Shown: positions 19,433-27,002 of the stretch, in pieces
How positions within the stretch are numbered: the stretch's first letter is position 1
Layout: every line of letters starts with the position of its first letter
DNA from: Bacteroidales bacterium
GTDB lineage: Bacteria > Bacteroidota > Bacteroidia > Bacteroidales > WCHB1-69
Length of the DNA: 64,000 nt
Direction of reading: 5' to 3'
Assembly (NCBI GenBank): GCA_045600905.1
Contig: JAZRYT010000134.1
Span: 2,930 to 66,929, forward strand
Made by a program: the position numbers and the translations under genes
The notes under the pieces: generated by a model
The model's input: only the letters and a program-made list of their open reading frames with translations
The model's database searches: none
Told to the model about the DNA's origin: nothing

Positions 19433-21172
19433 ATGAAAAGAGTATGTACATTATTTTTAGGATTATTTATGGGGCTGATTTCGTGGGCGCAAATGGTGCA
19501 GCCTACGTGGGAATCTTTGAATAATCGCCCTTATCCGCAATGGTTCTCCGATGCCAAGTTGGGAATCTTTATCCATTGGGGAATCTATTCGGTTCCTTCG
19601 TATGCCGGCCTTGAGGCTTACGGCGAGTGGTATTATCGCGGTTTGATGTTGGGCGACACCACCCGTATCAATTTCCAAAACCGCGTCTTCGGAAATGGGA
19701 ATCCGAATTTCCAATATAAGGATTTCCTACCCTATTTCAAAGGCGAGCTGTTCAATGCCGATGAGTGGGCGCGACTTTTCAAAAAAGCCGGCGCGCAATA
19801 TGTTCTCTTAGTGACGAAACACCACGACGGCTATTGTTTGTGGGATAGCAAGTACCAACCACAATGGAACAGTGTGATGAGTGGCCCTAAACGCAACATC
19901 GTGGAGGAGGTGACCAATGCCGTCCGCACTGCTGGCCTTAAAATGGGCTTCTATTATTCACTGCTGGAATGGACTAACCCGATTCACAAGTGGACCGTCG
20001 ATCCGACCGATTCTATCGGATCTTATGTTGAAAATTATATGATTCCTCAATTCAAAGAGTTGGTGACAAAATACAGACCGTCTGTGATTTTCTCGGATGG
20101 CGATTGGGATTACACCGCTGATCAGCTGCATTCTGCCGAGCTGATTTCCTGGTACTACAACATGGTGGGACAGGAGGCTGTTGTCAACGACCGCTGGGGC
20201 AATGGCGGCCAACACGGCTTCAGAACCCCGGAGTATAGCGCCGGCATTACGCTTACCGACCGCCCCTGGGCAGAGTGCCGCGGATTGGGACGCTCCTTCG
20301 GATTGAACCGCAACGAGCCTATTGAAAACTATCTCTCCTCCGATGAGCTGATTCGCCATTTTGCAAAATTGGTGGCTGCCGGCGGCGGTATGACTCTGAA
20401 CGTGGGGCCGGCTGCAGACGGGCAAATTCCGCTCATCCAACAGGAACGCCTGCTCGATTTGGGCAAATGGTTGGACATAAACGGCGAAGCAATTTATGGC
20501 TCCAGACCGTATCAGCATTTTTATGAAATGAAAGACGTTGAGGTTGCTCGCGTGGATAAGAATATTAATTTCGATTGGAAACGCAATTCGCCAGACCCAG
20601 CCATTGCCTATGACCATTTCACAGCCGAATGGGAAGGAACGCTGACAGCCGATTATCCTGAAAGATACATCTTGGAAATGGAAACCGATGATGCTGTTGA
20701 AGTGTTGGTGAACGGCCAACAGATTATCAAGTTTGATCCTAAAGACGAAACATCATCAAAAGCCGGAACTTTTGATTTCAAGGCAGGTCATCCTTACGAT
20801 ATTCGTGTGCGTTTTGCGGAAGACAATATGGAGGCCGTGGCCATACTGCGTTGGAAATCGTTGTCGCAGCCGGAAGAAGTGATTCCAGCCAAAGCTTTTG
20901 GCAAGGGATTGTCGGTCCGTTACACCTGCCAACAGCCCAATATCTGCTATACGACCAAAGGCGATGTCCTCTATGCTATAGCGTTGGATTATCCTCAAGA
21001 CCAATTAGTGCTGAATATTCCAAAACCTGACCACAAACTTGTGATTACGATGTTGGGATGTGAAAAAGTCCTTCCATACAAGTACAAAAACGGACAACTG
21101 CTCATCGACACGCGTTCAATTCAATATAAAGACATTCAAAGCACGGCGGCGTGGACGTTTAGAATACAATAA
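19433..21172 (+). CDS. Alpha-L-fucosidase (GH29) with C-terminal PA14-like module
   Basis: ATG at 19433 (track start 19427 is TTG). Signal peptide, then YPQWFSDAKLGIFIHWGIYSVPSY ... VTKHHDGYCLWDS (GH29 hallmarks). C-terminal FTAEWEGTLTADYPERYILEMETDDAVEVLVNGQQI ... IRVRFAED is PA14-like. Confidence 0.85.
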   Translation: MKRVCTLFLGLFMGLISWAQMVQPTWESLNNRPYPQWFSDAKLGIFIHWGIYSVPSYAGLEAYGEWYYRGLMLGDTTRINFQNRVFGNGNPNFQYKDFLPYFKGELFNADEWARLFKKAGAQYVLLVTKHHDGYCLWDSKYQPQWNSVMSGPKRNIVEEVTNAVRTAGLKMGFYYSLLEWTNPIHKWTVDPTDSIGSYVENYMIPQFKELVTKYRPSVIFSDGDWDYTADQLHSAELISWYYNMVGQEAVVNDRWGNGGQHGFRTPEYSAGITLTDRPWAECRGLGRSFGLNRNEPIENYLSSDELIRHFAKLVAAGGGMTLNVGPAADGQIPLIQQERLLDLGKWLDINGEAIYGSRPYQHFYEMKDVEVARVDKNINFDWKRNSPDPAIAYDHFTAEWEGTLTADYPERYILEMETDDAVEVLVNGQQIIKFDPKDETSSKAGTFDFKAGHPYDIRVRFAEDNMEAVAILRWKSLSQPEEVIPAKAFGKGLSVRYTCQQPNICYTTKGDVLYAIALDYPQDQLVLNIPKPDHKLVITMLGCEKVLPYKYKNGQLLIDTRSIQYKDIQSTAAWTFRIQ

Positions 21173-21176
21173 AAAA

Positions 21177-21204
21177 GAGCAAGGGTACCTCCCTTGCTCT
21201 TTTT
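21177..21204. terminator. Bidirectional rho-independent terminator between fucosidase (+) and ferritin (-)
   Basis: gagcaaggg (21177-85) / tacct / cccttgctc (21191-99), flanked by an A-run upstream and ttttt downstream. Confidence 0.75.
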
Positions 21205-21207
21205 TCG

Positions 21208-21696
21208 TTATTTTCGTTCGCCGAGTTCTTGATTGAGCAGGTACAATCCCTTGCCATCGTTGGCGAAGATTCTCAGCTTGGTGACGAGGTTTCGTGCGTT
21301 GGTCTCCTCTTCGGCCTGCTCGTTGATAAACCAATGTAGAAATTCCATCGTGCGTAGGTCGTGCTGCACATCGGCTTCATTGTAGATGGCGTGAATGCTG
21401 TTGGTGACAAATTCCTCGTGCTCCAAGGCGGTGTTAAGCACATCCAACGGATTGTCGTACCTGCGGTTGGGCTGTTCAATGGCCAACAGCGTTACGAGAA
21501 TGTCGTTGTCTTGCATATAGCGGTAAATGCGCAATGCGTGGTCCAGCTCTTCGCGCGCCTGTACCATATACCATTGGGCGAACCCGTTAAGCCCGCGGTT
21601 GTCAAAATAATTGCTCATATCCCAATAGAGATAGGCGGAATATAATTCCTTGTTGATTTGCTCATTAAGCAGAGCGGCTACTTTTTCGTTGATCAT
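21208..21696 (-). CDS. ftnA: Non-haem ferritin
   Basis: 162 aa. MINEKVAALLNEQINKELYSAYLYWDMSNYF ... EELDHALRIYRYM ... ALEHEEFVT carries ferritin-like di-iron ligand spacing. Confidence 0.85.
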   Translation of the reverse strand: MINEKVAALLNEQINKELYSAYLYWDMSNYFDNRGLNGFAQWYMVQAREELDHALRIYRYMQDNDILVTLLAIEQPNRRYDNPLDVLNTALEHEEFVTNSIHAIYNEADVQHDLRTMEFLHWFINEQAEEETNARNLVTKLRIFANDGKGLYLLNQELGERK

Positions 21697-21723
21697 TTTG
21701 TTTGATTTTAAAGATTAAAAAAT

Positions 21724-21752
21724 GGGTGATAGTGAACTGTGAACTGTGATCA
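21724..21752. repeat. Period-7 tandem array, 4 units (GGGTGAT AGTGAAC TGTGAAC TGTGATC)
   Basis: Read directly. It lies about 40 nt downstream of the hcp stop (minus strand) and upstream of the ferritin start. Confidence 0.75.
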
Positions 21753-21792
21753 GAGTTGCTTTGTTGTCTGTTTGTTATAATAGAAAAGGAAA

Positions 21793-23442
21793 TTATTGAA
21801 TCCATTCGCGTAGGTCGTCATCGGCATTCGTGATTCCTGAGATGTTGAATTTTTGGACTAATGTGTCGAGAACATTGGGGGATAGGAATGCTGGTCGGGT
21901 GGGACCGAGATGGATGTTCTTGATTCCGAGTGACAGCAGGGCCAACAAGACGATGACTGCTTTCTGCTCGTACCAGGCGATGTTATAGACGATGGGAAGC
22001 TCGTTTATGTCGTTCAGACCGAGCAGGTCGCGCAATAGGATAGCTGTAAGCACCAATGAATAGGAGTCGTTGCATTGGCCAGCGTCAAGTACGCGCGGAA
22101 TGCCGTTGATGTCGCCCAAGTCAAGATTGTTGTATCTGTATTTTGCGCAGCCGGCGGTGAGGATAACGCAGTCGTTGGGGAGCTTGCGCGCGAACTCTGT
22201 GTAGTATTCACGATTGCGCATACGACCGTCGCATCCTGCCATAACCACGAATTTGCGAATATCACCGTTTAGCACAGCTTGGATGATTCTGTCGGCGAGC
22301 TGCTCCATCTGCTTGTGCGCGAAACCGCCGATGATGCTGCCTCTGTCTGTACGTGCGGGTGGCTCGCATTTTTGCGCCATTCTGATGATGGCCGCGAAAT
22401 CCTTCCTTCCGTCAGAGTCGGCGGTGATGTGCGGGCAGCCTGGGTGCCCTGCTGAGTTGGTGGTGAAGATGCGGTCGCGGTAGGCGGCGTTCTCACTGAT
22501 GGGTACGATACAGTTGGACGTCATCAGGATAGGACCGTTGAAGTTTGTGAAGTCGCGGTGCTGGTGCCACCACGAACTGCCGTAGTTGCCGCGCAGGTGC
22601 GGAAAGCTTTTTAATTGCGGATAGTAGTGCGCCGGCAACATCTCTCCGTGCGTGTAGATGTCAATGCCCGCATCTACACTTTGTTCCAATAGCATCTCCA
22701 AATCGCGAAGGTCGTGGCCGCTGACCAATATGCCGGGGCGCATGCCTACTTCCAACGATACTTCCGTAATGCAAGGGTCCCCGTAAAGAGTGGTGTTGGC
22801 CTCGTCTAACAGCGCCATTGCCTTTACACCACGTTCGCCGGTTTCCAAAACCAATCCGAAGAGTTCGTCAACCGACATCTGCTTGGTGCTGAGGTCGGAA
22901 AGAGCACGCTGAAGGAAGGCGGCCAACTGGTAGTTGGCGAATCCGAGATTGCGGGCGTGCTCTAAGTAGGCGGCCATCCCCTTCAGCCCGTAGGTGACAA
23001 GCTCCTTTAGCGAGCGGATGTCCTCGTCACTATTTCGCTCTACACCGATTTCTTTGAAAGTGAAGTCCTTTTTATCTATCCGAACCAACCACTCGGTTTC
23101 CGGCACGTTGGGCCATGCCACCTTCTTTTCGTAGGCCTTGTCTAACAGATAATCGCGCCAGGCAATCCCTCTTTTGATCTTGGAGATGATGGCCTCTTCG
23201 TTAAAGTTGGCGTTGGTGATGGAGGTGAATAGGGCATCGCAGACGAAGACGTCCACCTCTTCCGGTATTTGCGCTTTGTGCTCGCGCAAAGAAGTGCTTA
23301 AAATTGAGATTCCACGGGTGAGAAACAGCAACAGGTCTAACTTCCCCGATGTCTGTGCGCTCTTCCCACACACACCAGCAATTGTACATCCGGTGCCTTT
23401 GGCTGTCTCCTGACATTGGAAACAAAACATTTGATTTTCCAT
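21793..23442 (-). CDS. hcp: Hybrid-cluster protein / hydroxylamine reductase
   Basis: 549 aa. N-terminal Cys cluster MFCFQCQETAKGTGCTIAGVCGK, with length and conserved Cys/His/Glu-rich body typical of Hcp. Confidence 0.9.
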   Translation of the reverse strand: MENQMFCFQCQETAKGTGCTIAGVCGKSAQTSGKLDLLLFLTRGISILSTSLREHKAQIPEEVDVFVCDALFTSITNANFNEEAIISKIKRGIAWRDYLLDKAYEKKVAWPNVPETEWLVRIDKKDFTFKEIGVERNSDEDIRSLKELVTYGLKGMAAYLEHARNLGFANYQLAAFLQRALSDLSTKQMSVDELFGLVLETGERGVKAMALLDEANTTLYGDPCITEVSLEVGMRPGILVSGHDLRDLEMLLEQSVDAGIDIYTHGEMLPAHYYPQLKSFPHLRGNYGSSWWHQHRDFTNFNGPILMTSNCIVPISENAAYRDRIFTTNSAGHPGCPHITADSDGRKDFAAIIRMAQKCEPPARTDRGSIIGGFAHKQMEQLADRIIQAVLNGDIRKFVVMAGCDGRMRNREYYTEFARKLPNDCVILTAGCAKYRYNNLDLGDINGIPRVLDAGQCNDSYSLVLTAILLRDLLGLNDINELPIVYNIAWYEQKAVIVLLALLSLGIKNIHLGPTRPAFLSPNVLDTLVQKFNISGITNADDDLREWIQ

Positions 23443-23538
23443 AACGCTTGATTTTTGTTGTTAATGTTTGATGTCCTCTTCGTTAAAAGGAAGTGCTGCA
23501 AAAAAACATCAAAAATCGTATTGATAATATTGAATTTG

Positions 23539-23555
23539 TTGAATGGAAAATTCAA
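23539..23555. promoter_or_regulatory. Perfect palindrome TTGAAT-N5-ATTCAA upstream of hcp (candidate CRP/FNR-family, HcpR-like site)
   Basis: ttgaatggaaaattcaa is centred about 105 nt upstream of the hcp ATG. It is flanked by two exact copies of ATTGATAATATTG (23520-32, 23586-98). Confidence 0.2.
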
Positions 23556-23690
23556 AAAAAAGATAAAAGAGGCGATGAATGTGAAATTGATAATATTGTT
23601 GTCTGCTAAAATGTGAACGTTAGCCTATGTCAGCTCTAATTTAGTTAGTGCAACAAAATAACACAAATATTGGATACAAATAGATAATTG

Positions 23691-25247
23691 TTAACTGTAA
23701 ATTGTTTTCCACTCGTCGATATTCCGTGCGGCGGTGCTGTAGTTCACGCCGATTTTCATCAGGGTGCGCGTGTCGCTCTGGAAGCGGTCGGCGTAGCCTT
23801 TTTCGTCGATTTGGGCGAGGGCTTCTTCCGCCGACTTGTTGAACTTGAACTCGAAGATATAGACGTAGTCCTTGGTCTGCACGGTCATATCCATACGTCC
23901 CTTGTTGGTGTGCTCCTCGATTTGCACGTGGTAGCCGCACAGGGCGGTGAGGATGAACATCACGCTCTGGAAGTGGCGTTCCTGCTCGGGTTCGAGCTCG
24001 TAGGGGCAGGCGCTGAGAAAGGATTGCAGGCGTTCCATAAAGCCCTCGATGTCGCCCTCGCGCAGGGAGCGCACGAAGCGGCTGATCTCGAAAACCGAGC
24101 CTACGGCATCCACGTTGGTGTAGCTCGGAATGAGAAAGCGAACAAATCCCTGTTTGACCTCCTTGTTGGGGAAACCGAGGCGGTAGAGCCCGAAGTCGCT
24201 GTCATAGCCCTTGATGGTCAGGTAACCACTTTGATAGATGACGGGCAACGGGTTGGTGGAGGCGATATCGACGCTGTTGAGCACGTCGCTGACGACCTCC
24301 TCTTCCTCAATGTGTGCGAGATTGTAATGGTGCTGCTTGAGGAGCTCCATCAGATACGTCGGGGTGCCAGTCTCGAACCAGTAGTAGTCGATTGCTCGGC
24401 TCGCAAAGGCATTGAGCAGGCTGAACGGATTATAAACGCCAGGCAGTTTTTCTTTGCAGAAGTGGTAGCCGTCATAGTTCTCGCGAAGGGCGGCGTAGGT
24501 TTCGTCGATGGTCATATTCTGGGCTTCCGCAAGTTCGGAGACTTCACCTTGGAAGTTCGTGCGAAGCTCCTGCTCGGTGATGCCGCAAATGTCATAAAAC
24601 TGTGAGAGCATAGAGATGTCCCGCAGGTTGTTGAGGTCGCTGAAGACGCTGACCTTGCCGAACTTGGTGACACCCGTGAGGAAGGCGAACCGGATGCAGC
24701 CGTCCATTGACTTGAGCGCTCCGTAGAAGCCCTTGAGCGTGGCGCGGTAGGCATCCTGCAGTTCCACATTGCCGATGGCCTGCAGCAGCGGCTTGTCGTA
24801 TTCATCCACCAGAATCACCACCTGGCGGCCGGTCTTCTCGTAAGCCAAACGTATTATCTGGGTGAAACGTTCTTCAAGGCTGCGGCTCTGATAGGTGTCG
24901 CCGTATTTTGCCTCCCAAAATTCCAAGTGCTTGTTCAGCTCGGCATCCAAACTCTCCTTCGTGGAATAGTTGCGCGTGTTCAAATCCAAATGCAGGATGG
25001 GGTATTCGGTCCAGTCTTTTTCGAGTTGAGCGATAGCGAGTCCGTCGAAAAGCTCGCGTTTGCCCTGGAAGTATGATTCTATGGTGTTTAACAATAGGCT
25101 CTTCCCGAATCGGCGCGGACGCGACAGGAAGTAGTAGCAGCCACTTGAAACCATCTCGTAGATACGAGCGGTTTTATCTATATAAAGGTAGCCTTCTGTT
25201 CTAAGCTTCTCAAAATTCTGTATGCCAATCGGTAGTTTCTGTCCCAT
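23691..25247 (-). CDS. AAA-ATPase-like (PF09820-type) N-terminal domain plus PD-(D/E)XK nuclease-like (PDDEXK_9-type) C-terminal domain protein
   Basis: MGQKLPIGIQNFEKLRTEGYLYIDKTARIYEMV...YFLSRPRRFGKSLLLNTIESYFQGKRELF is the characteristic N-terminus. C-terminal ...GRMDMTVQTKDYVYIFEFKFNKSAEEALAQIDEKGYADRF is PD-(D/E)XK-like. The ATG at 25247 is preferred over the TTG at 25274 because of the promoter box. Confidence 0.75.
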   Translation of the reverse strand: MGQKLPIGIQNFEKLRTEGYLYIDKTARIYEMVSSGCYYFLSRPRRFGKSLLLNTIESYFQGKRELFDGLAIAQLEKDWTEYPILHLDLNTRNYSTKESLDAELNKHLEFWEAKYGDTYQSRSLEERFTQIIRLAYEKTGRQVVILVDEYDKPLLQAIGNVELQDAYRATLKGFYGALKSMDGCIRFAFLTGVTKFGKVSVFSDLNNLRDISMLSQFYDICGITEQELRTNFQGEVSELAEAQNMTIDETYAALRENYDGYHFCKEKLPGVYNPFSLLNAFASRAIDYYWFETGTPTYLMELLKQHHYNLAHIEEEEVVSDVLNSVDIASTNPLPVIYQSGYLTIKGYDSDFGLYRLGFPNKEVKQGFVRFLIPSYTNVDAVGSVFEISRFVRSLREGDIEGFMERLQSFLSACPYELEPEQERHFQSVMFILTALCGYHVQIEEHTNKGRMDMTVQTKDYVYIFEFKFNKSAEEALAQIDEKGYADRFQSDTRTLMKIGVNYSTAARNIDEWKTIYS

Positions 25248-25271
25248 AGTCGTGCTGATTTTAAAGAAGCG

Positions 25272-25279
25272 CAAAAATA
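25272..25279 (-). promoter_or_regulatory. Bacteroidota -7 promoter box (TAnnTTTG) for the AAA-ATPase-like gene
   Basis: The reverse complement reads tatttttg (context tatttttgcgc), 25 nt upstream of the ATG at 25247. Confidence 0.45.
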
Positions 25280-25474
25280 CACTTTTTAGCGAACAGGGAA
25301 CAGATTAGAAGTGATGTTTTCAGGTTCCACCGCACAAAAACAGGTGAAATCATCGAGAAGTGCAAGTTGTTGCTAAGTTATTTATTAACAAAGGTTTGTA
25401 ATTTTTCTACAACCAAAAATCAAGAATAATCTGCGGAAATAAGGTTTTACACTTTTTCGTTTTCATAAAAAACC

Positions 25475-25482
25475 TATCTTTG
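25475..25482 (+). promoter_or_regulatory. Bacteroidota -7 promoter box (TAnnTTTG) starting a long leader or small RNA upstream of the FISUMP genes
   Basis: tatctttg (context cctatctttgcaac) lies about 275 nt upstream of the ATG at 25757. No other TAnnTTTG lies closer to that ATG. Confidence 0.4.
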
Positions 25483-25589
25483 CAACTTTCAAAAAATTTA
25501 TGCCTATACGTAGAAAAAACAACTAAAAATATTCAGTTATAAAAGCGTTTTTGCTTTTCTTTTGTGCCTGAAACTTCCACAAATTTAAT

Positions 25590-25656
25590 CGTACAACAAA
25601 AAGAAGGTAAGAAAACGCTCACGAGCAATCGTGGGCTTTCTTTGTTTGTTGTACGG
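25590..25656 (+). repeat. Conserved extended-hairpin element, copy 1 (terminator-like on the + strand)
   Basis: cgtacaacaaaaagaaggtaagaaaacGCTCACGAgcaaTCGTGGGCtttctttgtttgttgtacgg. The inner 8-bp stem has one G-U pair and is followed by a T-rich tract. The outer arms tacaacaaa / tttgttgta pair. About 80% identical to the reverse complement of 32229-32288. Confidence 0.7.
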
Positions 25657-25756
25657 GTGGTGGAAGACCTAAGGCATAATAAATAGAGTTCACGATTTTT
25701 TATTGTGTGAATTTTTGGAAAAGCAAAAACTTGAAAATCCAAAAACACACAGTACA

Positions 25757-26926
25757 ATGAAAAAAATCTTTATTTTACTTCTGATGTTTGTCTTCCTGCT
25801 GTCGTTGCGGGCGCAGACGGACTTTGCGCGCGCTGTAGTTCCCACGGGTGGGCAGGCGGGCAATGTCTCCTATTCTTTTGGTCAGACTTTCGCACAACAG
25901 AAAAAAAGTGCATCCGGCTCCGAAGTAACAGAGGGTGTGCAGCAGGCGCAGATACTATATAATAATATGGTACTTGACGGCTGCCAGAACGAACCCGCCG
26001 TTATGCTTCCGAAAATTACCGAAAGCACAGGCTTCTTTCAAGGATTCGACAATACAATGACTTTCAATGGCGTAGTCCTGCACGTGCTGCCCGCCGGACA
26101 TTATGACTCCACGGGCGTGAATGGCCGCCACTACAGCTGGAACGCCTCGTTCAATTACGACAGCGTGACCACCCTCCTGCTCGACGTGTGGCCCATCTAC
26201 GAAATGAATGACACCATTTCCCTATCTCAAACTGAAATGATAATACGGGAACTTTCCCAAGGCTCCAATGGACCCCAATTCCTGACTACCATCCACGGCT
26301 GTGACAGCATTGTCTATTACTACGTTCTGACCTGCGGTGAGCAGATTGCTGATGCAGACGGAAATCACTACAACACACTCTCCATTGGGCCAGACTGCTG
26401 GATGCGGCAAAACCTGCAAACCCAGCATTATGCCAATGGCGATACGGTGGTCGGCAATATGATATACAGTTCCCTTGATTACCCGGATGAGGCCGCCAAT
26501 CTCGAGCAGTACGGCCGCCTCTATACGTGGTACTCTGCCGTGAGACTCCCCGAGAACTCTACCAATGTGCCGGAGACCGACTTGAACGGCTTTGTACAGG
26601 GCATCTGTCCTGATGGCTGGCATATTCCCACAGAGGAAAATATGGCAGCACTGGCCGACCTCGGCGCGCCCGCACTGAAGAGTACCGTCCTATGGCTGCA
26701 GCCCGGCAACAACAGCACGGGCTTTACCGTCTATCCCGCCGGCCTCTACAATCCCAACACGAACCGCTTCGAGAACCTGCTCGGCGAAACTCGCTACTGG
26801 ACGGGAACTGCTCCCACAACGGCCACAGCAGTGAACGGCGCAATCACCAACGGCTGTGAAGAATTTCTCCTCGACAGCCAAACCAAAAACTACGGTTTCT
26901 CCGTGAGATGCGTGAAAAACAATTGA
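25757..26926 (+). CDS. Secreted protein with C-terminal FISUMP (Fibrobacter succinogenes major paralogous, TIGR02145-type) domain
   Basis: ATG at 25757 (track start 25703 is TTG) gives signal peptide MKKIFILLLMFVFLLSLRAQ. C-terminal hallmarks: CWMRQNLQTQHYANGD, YGRLYTWYSAV, GICPDGWHIPTEEN, GFSVRCVKN. Confidence 0.75.
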   Translation: MKKIFILLLMFVFLLSLRAQTDFARAVVPTGGQAGNVSYSFGQTFAQQKKSASGSEVTEGVQQAQILYNNMVLDGCQNEPAVMLPKITESTGFFQGFDNTMTFNGVVLHVLPAGHYDSTGVNGRHYSWNASFNYDSVTTLLLDVWPIYEMNDTISLSQTEMIIRELSQGSNGPQFLTTIHGCDSIVYYYVLTCGEQIADADGNHYNTLSIGPDCWMRQNLQTQHYANGDTVVGNMIYSSLDYPDEAANLEQYGRLYTWYSAVRLPENSTNVPETDLNGFVQGICPDGWHIPTEENMAALADLGAPALKSTVLWLQPGNNSTGFTVYPAGLYNPNTNRFENLLGETRYWTGTAPTTATAVNGAITNGCEEFLLDSQTKNYGFSVRCVKNN

Positions 26927-26992
26927 CAATTTACAATTTACAATTGACTTGGACAATTTGCACATTTACACATTAACACATTTGCACATTAA
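26921..26992 (+). repeat. Period-7 tandem array (ACAATTT/CAATTGA drifting to CACATTT), about 10 units
   Basis: aattgac aatttac aatttac aattgac ttggaca atttgca catttac acattaa cacattt gcacatt. The array includes the TGA stop (26924-26) of the upstream gene. Confidence 0.8.
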
Positions 26993-27002
26993 AACAACGT
27001 TT

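Noticed and set aside
25533-25757. 74-aa minus-strand ORF in the FISUMP leader region
   Set aside because: No promoter or RBS context, and odd composition. It overlaps the hairpin element and the start of the FISUMP gene.
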